From a bacterium (GTDB lineage: Bacteria > Patescibacteriota > Minisyncoccia > Sungbacterales > HO2-52-23), in assembly GCA_030697705.1 (NCBI GenBank), contig JAUYPE010000017.1, positions 5,066-69,065 of the forward strand: DNA of 64,000 nt. The letters are read 5' to 3'. Numbering within the stretch: position 1 is the first letter of the stretch; each line of letters starts with the position of its first letter. A program made the translations under genes and the position numbers. Positions 59,079 to 64,000 of the stretch are shown piece after piece. Below the pieces are notes generated by a model, which worked only from the letters and a program-made list of their open reading frames with translations, did no database searches and had not been told where the DNA came from.

Positions 59079-60140
59079 TTAAAGTAACTCTGTCTCATTT
59101 ACCATCATCCACCTTCCATCACGCCGTGCCGATTGGTACGCCGCATGACACGCATATGCGACATTCAACCCCTGCTCAATCGTATGAAGCGATTGCGAGT
59201 TGTCCAAAGAAGCAAGAATGTCTAACCACATCCTTTTATAGAGATGGGCGTTATAGGAACTCCAATCGCCGCCATAATCCGGTTCTCGTTGAAACCGTAG
59301 ATTCAGTCCTGAAACGACCAGACGATCTCCCGACGAATCAGGTCCATATACCAACGAGCCATTCTCAAATTGGAGGGCATGCGCGACTGTTCGGTGGGCG
59401 TACATACCATGCTGACCTGTCACCGCAAGACACACTGACCACATCAACTGCCTGCCAGTATCAAACTCCAGCACCCCGTGCATCGTATCGTATCCGCCAT
59501 ACTTTTTCAGTTCGGGATACGCCAATACCTGCCCGACAGCCCAAACGCGAGTAATGCGCGCCCTGGCAAACAAAAGTGCGGTCATGAAGTTGTGGCTCAA
59601 GCCGCCGGCAACGGGATTATACGCCGACTCGGTTCTCCATTTTCCATCACCCATAATACGATCGCAATTCGTCATCATATAACTCGTTGAGCCGGTCAGA
59701 AACTGCCCCAACCGTTCCCGTTCCCACTCTCCAAGTGCCGCCTGTACCGGATACGCGAAACTATATTTCTCGCTGAAAAGCATTTTTTTCGGATAGCGGC
59801 GAATCAGATCTCTAAACGCGGCAATATCCATAGAGGATGTTGCTAACGGCTTTTCAATGAAAACATACTTACCCGCCTCAAGTACTCGCCTTGCAGGCGC
59901 GAGATGCTCACCATCCGGCGTTGCAATCACTACGACATCCACATCTGGATGAGCAAGAAGCTCCGCTTCCGCCTTGCATATACGGACGCCTCGCCATCCT
60001 TCAAACTCCAGCACATTGCGAACCTTCTCATGGTTGTCATAGAACGCCACCGTTCGTATACCAGCCGCTACCAAACCGTGATAATTACTCATACCGCCAT
60101 CGCCGCATCCGATAATGCCAACTCCTCTGAGTGTTTCCAC
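59079..60140 (-). CDS. Gfo/Idh/MocA family oxidoreductase
   Basis: GIIGCG, DVVVIATPD..H, GKYVFIEKPL. Confidence 0.88.
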   Translation of the reverse strand: METLRGVGIIGCGDGGMSNYHGLVAAGIRTVAFYDNHEKVRNVLEFEGWRGVRICKAEAELLAHPDVDVVVIATPDGEHLAPARRVLEAGKYVFIEKPLATSSMDIAAFRDLIRRYPKKMLFSEKYSFAYPVQAALGEWERERLGQFLTGSTSYMMTNCDRIMGDGKWRTESAYNPVAGGLSHNFMTALLFARARITRVWAVGQVLAYPELKKYGGYDTMHGVLEFDTGRQLMWSVCLAVTGQHGMYAHRTVAHALQFENGSLVYGPDSSGDRLVVSGLNLRFQREPDYGGDWSSYNAHLYKRMWLDILASLDNSQSLHTIEQGLNVAYACHAAYQSARRDGRWMMVNETELL

Positions 60141-60375
60141 AAAAAACCTCCTCGGTTTTCAACGAACACCTTATCCGAAAATTCTCTTTTGCCACAAGTG
60201 AAGCTACCATAACAAACTCAAAAAAGCAAGAGTACCCGCCCAATGCCTTGCTGAACCGCTGGTGCAGTATTCTTGAATTAGTCCGAACGCATTTCGTCCC
60301 GACCTTGCGTCGGGACGAGGAAGTCCCCCCGCCTGTCTGCGTGCGTACACGCACAGGCAGGCGAAAATTCGGAAA

Positions 60376-60445
60376 GGCGGCGGAGCCGCACCGCTGATTC
60401 AGCAGGTGATTCAGTAGAATCATCCTAGGGGCTCACCTACTGGGT
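60376..60445 (+). repeat. 70-bp inverted repeat, left copy
   Basis: 66/70 identical to the reverse complement of 61377-61446. Confidence 0.9.
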
Positions 60446-60533
60446 GACAATTTTCTCGCTATGCGAGATCTGGCGTAGCCATGACAAGTTTTTCTTTGGC
60501 GGCATACTCTTGCAAACAAATAAAATCTGGAAA

Positions 60534-61196
60534 TCAATTTGATTTAATTTTTCTTTGTCTGCGAATAATGAAATATATTGTAACAATAGCAACTATGGCA
60601 ACCAACGACAAAACAATTTTCGATGACTTTTCTGTAAGTTCAACGCTGGGAGCACCACCCGGGCTTATTCCTTTCGAAGTAATACGAGATTTATCTACTA
60701 AGCAGCCGTCCAAGCTTGTATCAGGGTCATCTTTGCTAATAAGTTCGATAGGATTACCAAATGATTTACAGTTGAAGCCAGCAACGCTACCAGTCATCAT
60801 CGGAGACCAAAAACGATACTTTTCTCCAAATGACCATGCAAAAATAGATATGACATTTTCTTTATCAATGACGATGAGCACTTCCGCACCAACCGGCGGC
60901 CATTCTGCAGTAAGGCCTACTTTTTCGTCTTTTGGCGGCCACTCTACATGTATAAAACGACTTGGGTTCCATGTTGGGTCAGTTGAATACCCCGCAGATA
61001 AAATGTCAGTACTGCCCAATGGTTGGAATTTCAAAGCGTCGGTATCGTATGACACGATTTTCGCTGGCGTAATGATACTTGCCCCCTGCAATTCTTCAGC
61101 AAGATTAACAAGTAGGGATTCAGCGTTGGCTATCGTAAAAGCAAAAAATACGAAAGCAAGGAAAACAAATAAAGCAGTTGTAGTTTTAGGAATCAT
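60534..61196 (-). CDS. Exported hypothetical protein with C-terminal membrane anchor, between the inverted repeats
   Basis: Signal peptide MIPKTT...ANA, two Cys, C-terminal TM and RRQRK. Confidence 0.7.
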   Translation of the reverse strand: MIPKTTTALFVFLAFVFFAFTIANAESLLVNLAEELQGASIITPAKIVSYDTDALKFQPLGSTDILSAGYSTDPTWNPSRFIHVEWPPKDEKVGLTAEWPPVGAEVLIVIDKENVISIFAWSFGEKYRFWSPMMTGSVAGFNCKSFGNPIELISKDDPDTSLDGCLVDKSRITSKGISPGGAPSVELTEKSSKIVLSLVAIVAIVTIYFIIRRQRKIKSN

Positions 61197-61224
61197 GGTT
61201 AAAAAACTTTCTTCCCTCAAAATT

Positions 61225-61254
61225 TCAACCAGAGGATGATCCGCCTTTGGCGGA
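61225..61254 (+). mobile_element. Intergenic variant of the 30-bp twin-hairpin element
   Basis: TT|TCAACC-AGA-GGATGA TCCGCC-TTT-GGCGGA. Confidence 0.65.
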
Positions 61255-61376
61255 AAAATATGGTTCCCTCCAGAGGCGGGCAGGCGAGCCGATGTTTTTC
61301 TCCGGGCTCCCGATTTGTCCAAGAGCGAAGCGATTGGTTACAAATCGCAGTCCTTTAGGGTTCTTTTGCGATTTTG

Positions 61377-61446
61377 ACCCAGTAGGTGAGCCCCTAGGAT
61401 GATTCTACTGAATCATCTGCCAAATCAGTGGTGCGGCTCCGCCGCC
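61377..61446 (-). repeat. 70-bp inverted repeat, right copy
   Basis: Partner of 60376-60445; 26 nt from the tRNA-Tyr 3' end. Confidence 0.9.
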
Positions 61447-61472
61447 AGTCAAAAACTCGATCAACGAGAATA

Positions 61473-61556
61473 TGGGTAGGGTGAGAGTTGAACTCACGAG
61501 GCCTATTAGACAGCAGATTTACAGTCTGCCCCCGCCCCCTACGGGTCTACCTACCC
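61473..61556 (-). tRNA. tRNA-Tyr(GUA)
   Basis: GGGTAGG/CCTACCC acceptor; GCAGA-CTGTAAA-TCTGC anticodon arm; long variable arm; atypical D arm. Confidence 0.88.
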
Positions 61557-62341
61557 AGCTCATTCATAATCCATTCAAATCGTTCACCATGCTTGGGATT
61601 CTTCGGTTGTATTTCTTGAAAAAAACGAATAATTTCCGGACGCTTTGTTATATAAAACCTAAAACCGCTTATATGAGATGGGTGGTAATCTAAAAACTTA
61701 CACGCTCTGTGGATACCCTTCAAAAGCGGCAGTGACCTATTGGTAAACGATATCTGTACACCAAATCGCAACCGGTACACAGATCCGTCAGTGTCAAAGA
61801 AACCTCGCACCAAGCGCTCAAGGTACTGCGATTTCTCAAAGATCCATTCGGGAACGCTAACCTGCGCTCGTACTTTATTGTATACCAAACCTTCATCTTT
61901 CAGCCAATGACTGAGTGCTACGGATCCAACATAAACATTCTTATAACCTGTCTTTCGGATGCCTATTTTGGGAGCTACCCCAAAGAGTCCCTTCATGAGC
62001 CGAACGATATATTCCGCATATGCATACTCTTTTGTCCCCAGTGTTACAATAACTTGATAGAACGAGAGGTTGCCGTCCCCCAGCATAATCCCAAAGAATT
62101 CAGCAAGATCGGGTGAATAGGATTTTGGAATGATAATATCCTCGCGTCTTTTTGCGCTATACCCTTTTTTAAGGTACGGCGTTGATACAATGCCCAGTCG
62201 CTGTATTCTCTGAAATACGGTCTGCTCGGCGATACCAAGAATCTTGCCAACTTCTCTAATCGTTTTATTTTCAACGGTATAGAGACGGTTGAGTTCTTTT
62301 CTCATCTTTCCTTCTTCCCCATGAGTCCATCGCCGAGGCAT
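61547..62341 (-). CDS. Free-standing HTH-LAGLIDADG (intein-type) endonuclease
   Basis: TIREVGKILG HTH; LAEFFGIMLGDG and LVRGFFDTDGSV; no Hint domain. Confidence 0.88.
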   Translation of the reverse strand: MPRRWTHGEEGKMRKELNRLYTVENKTIREVGKILGIAEQTVFQRIQRLGIVSTPYLKKGYSAKRREDIIIPKSYSPDLAEFFGIMLGDGNLSFYQVIVTLGTKEYAYAEYIVRLMKGLFGVAPKIGIRKTGYKNVYVGSVALSHWLKDEGLVYNKVRAQVSVPEWIFEKSQYLERLVRGFFDTDGSVYRLRFGVQISFTNRSLPLLKGIHRACKFLDYHPSHISGFRFYITKRPEIIRFFQEIQPKNPKHGERFEWIMNELGR

Positions 62342-62443
62342 GACACCATCGTAGCAAAACAAGCGTGATAAAGCAAGTTTTGCAATTGATGGCTCTACTA
62401 TGCTAGTAAAGACTTCAGACCAAGAACACTCCAATCTCATGAG

Positions 62444-62515
62444 AGCCGACCCCGAGAGTCGAACTCGGAACCTTCGCTTTACAAAAGCGTTGCTCTGCCA
62501 TTGAGCTAGGTCGGC
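62444..62515 (-). tRNA. tRNA-Thr(UGU)
   Basis: GCCGACC/GGTCGGC acceptor; loop TTTGTAA; GTTCGACTC T loop. Confidence 0.92.
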
Positions 62516-63150
62516 ACCTGTTCATTCGTTTCTTTAACCACGCTATCATTCCTCTGCTGTTCAATTTTTATGCGGTGCGGGCGCGACGAGGATTGTTGTT
62601 GGCGCATACCTTCTTCCCATTTCGGTGCAATGTGAAGCGTCCGGTGACGGACGCGCACGGCATCGGGCGTGCGCACTTTATTCTGTTCATCTCTCAACGA
62701 CACTCGGTCCGTGGAGGATATCACCGGTACCGCTATGCGCACTTTTCCGCGGGGAACCAGAGGATCGCGGGTACGCGGTGCGCCATCCTGCCTTTCACGA
62801 AGGTGTCGCACATACTCCCCCATCCCGTTTGCTCCACTCGCAAACGCACCCGCGGAGCGAATCTTTTGCAGAAGCCGGACGAGCGCATTATCGAGACGAA
62901 GAATTAAAATATGGCTTTTCAGGATCATTTTACCGACAAGATGGAGAAAAAAATCACGATAGTGACGCCCACGCCAAAACGTGCGGAAATGCATCAAAAT
63001 AAGAAGGAAGCGCGCCGAATCCTCATGAAGACGCTCGGTAATTTCATGCTCCGAAAACACAACAAGCCGGGGCGCATATGCCCGAACGCTTCGCCAGAGA
63101 AGTACACCACTCGCCGCACACACGAACAACAAAAGAAGATCAAGGATCAT
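62506..63150 (-). CDS. Hypothetical membrane-anchored protein
   Basis: N-terminal TM, basic helical body; directly downstream of tsf. Confidence 0.65.
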   Translation of the reverse strand: MILDLLLLFVCAASGVLLWRSVRAYAPRLVVFSEHEITERLHEDSARFLLILMHFRTFWRGRHYRDFFLHLVGKMILKSHILILRLDNALVRLLQKIRSAGAFASGANGMGEYVRHLRERQDGAPRTRDPLVPRGKVRIAVPVISSTDRVSLRDEQNKVRTPDAVRVRHRTLHIAPKWEEGMRQQQSSSRPHRIKIEQQRNDSVVKETNEQVPT

Positions 63151-63179
63151 GATGCAAAGAAAAAGAACATAAGCTCCAT

Positions 63180-63764
63180 CTATACCTCAAAGCGGATAAA
63201 AGAGCCGATTTTAATATTCTCCCCGAACCGCCCGATCGCCTCATTGACAAACTCACCAACCGTTCTTTCCTGATCTTTCACAAACGGTTGCGTCATCAGC
63301 GAGAGGGCGCCGAAATGGCTTGCGAGCTTGCCGGTTATGATTTCAGCCACGATCGCGTCCGGTTTGTTCAGCTTTGCCGTCTCCTCCGCAAAACGATCTT
63401 TTTCCACACGCCGAATAGTGTCAGGAACCGCATCGGGAGTCAGATAGAGCGGATTCATCGCGGCGATGTGAAGCGCGATACTGTGAGCGAACTCACGGAA
63501 GGTAGGATTCCGTGCAACAAAATCCGTCTCGCAAAAAACTTCCACCATTGCGCCGACACGGCCGTTGGAGTGGATATAGGAATCGACAAGCCCCGCACCG
63601 GTCGCACGGCTTGCTTTTTTAATCGCGGCGCTCCCCAATTTGTGCTCAAGCCATGCAAACGCCTTCGCATGGTCACCCCCGGACTCTTCAAGCGCGCGCT
63701 TCACGTCCGAGATGCCCGCACCCGTGCGCTCCCGCAAATCCTTAATCTCCTGCGCTGAAATCAT
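63180..63764 (-). CDS. tsf: Elongation factor Ts (short form)
   Basis: IKDLRERTGAG..DVK.AL, YIH..GR.G, CETDFVA, HIAAMNP, QPFVKD, GENI. Confidence 0.96.
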   Translation of the reverse strand: MISAQEIKDLRERTGAGISDVKRALEESGGDHAKAFAWLEHKLGSAAIKKASRATGAGLVDSYIHSNGRVGAMVEVFCETDFVARNPTFREFAHSIALHIAAMNPLYLTPDAVPDTIRRVEKDRFAEETAKLNKPDAIVAEIITGKLASHFGALSLMTQPFVKDQERTVGEFVNEAIGRFGENIKIGSFIRFEV

Positions 63765-63931
63765 AAAAGAAATCAAAAGAATAAGAGGTCGCCCCACCCA
63801 GGACATTTCGTTCTCTTTGCTGGCTATTGAAAATTAACAAAGAAAACGCTCCTTTTTCGGAAAAGTGTCAGAAACAAACATTGAAGATCTCCCACCCGGA
63901 TGAATGGCAGAGCAAGACGCGCCGTTTTTGA

Positions 63932-64000
63932 TTACTTACCCACAACACCTTCTTTTTTCTCATCGGCTTTGCGATCCGCCTGCATCCTCAAACCCTCGCG
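63932..64000 (-). CDS. C-terminal end of a gene entering from the right edge, possibly rpsB
   Basis: REGLRMQADRKADEKKEGVVGK*; rpsB inferred only from the usual rpsB-tsf order. Confidence 0.35.
   Translation of the reverse strand, partial: REGLRMQADRKADEKKEGVVGK

Noticed and set aside
60481-61239. 252-aa plus-strand ORF, and similar long shadow ORFs (2109-2972, 47716-48717, 35836-36582, 54559-55242)
   Set aside because: Antisense shadows of better-supported genes on the other strand.
61547-62341. LAGLIDADG as part of an intein or intron
   Set aside because: No Hint motifs or group I core elements, and both flanking tRNAs are uninterrupted.
1-64000. CRISPR array or cas genes
   Set aside because: No regularly spaced direct repeats with unique spacers seen; the repeats are dispersed palindromes.
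1-64000. Alternative genetic code (UGA = Gly, code 25)
   Set aside because: Core genes are full-length under code 11, and TGA serves as a stop (e.g. msrA, mraZ, the methyltransferase).

Overview
Chromosomal window from a small-genome bacterium using the standard code 11. Gene content and style (secG-oppA, short tsf, mraZ-rsmH-ftsL-ftsI-murF, pilin-like and Gmad2 proteins, tRNAs without encoded CCA) suggest Patescibacteria/CPR, probably Parcubacteria; this is an inference. Core genes: obgE, rpoD, dnaG, lexA, msrA, secG, rnj, trpS, murF, ftsI, rsmH, mraZ, tsf, and five tRNAs (Asn, Leu, Glu, Tyr, Thr). Accessory parts: a copper/metal cluster with a ~1000-aa CopC-CopD fusion; a decayed 4.2-kb island integrated at tRNA-Asn; a group I intron with an HNH ORF in that tRNA's anticodon; a lexA-headed restriction-modification operon carrying a DUF3800 gene; a five-gene SipW/TasA-like operon; a broken IS1595; and a free-standing LAGLIDADG gene between two tRNAs. 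Two observations stand out. (1) A 30-bp twin-hairpin micro-element inserts precisely after TT with no target duplication. It sits in-frame in dnaG and trpS and in a duplicated tRNA-Leu 3' end whose intact original gives the empty site. (2) The island's att core lies inside the serine-integrase reading frame, so excision would swap the C-terminus ...LRR* for a 24-aa tail ending in an ssrA-like ...AYSFAA*. All family assignments come from motif recognition by eye; no database searches were run.
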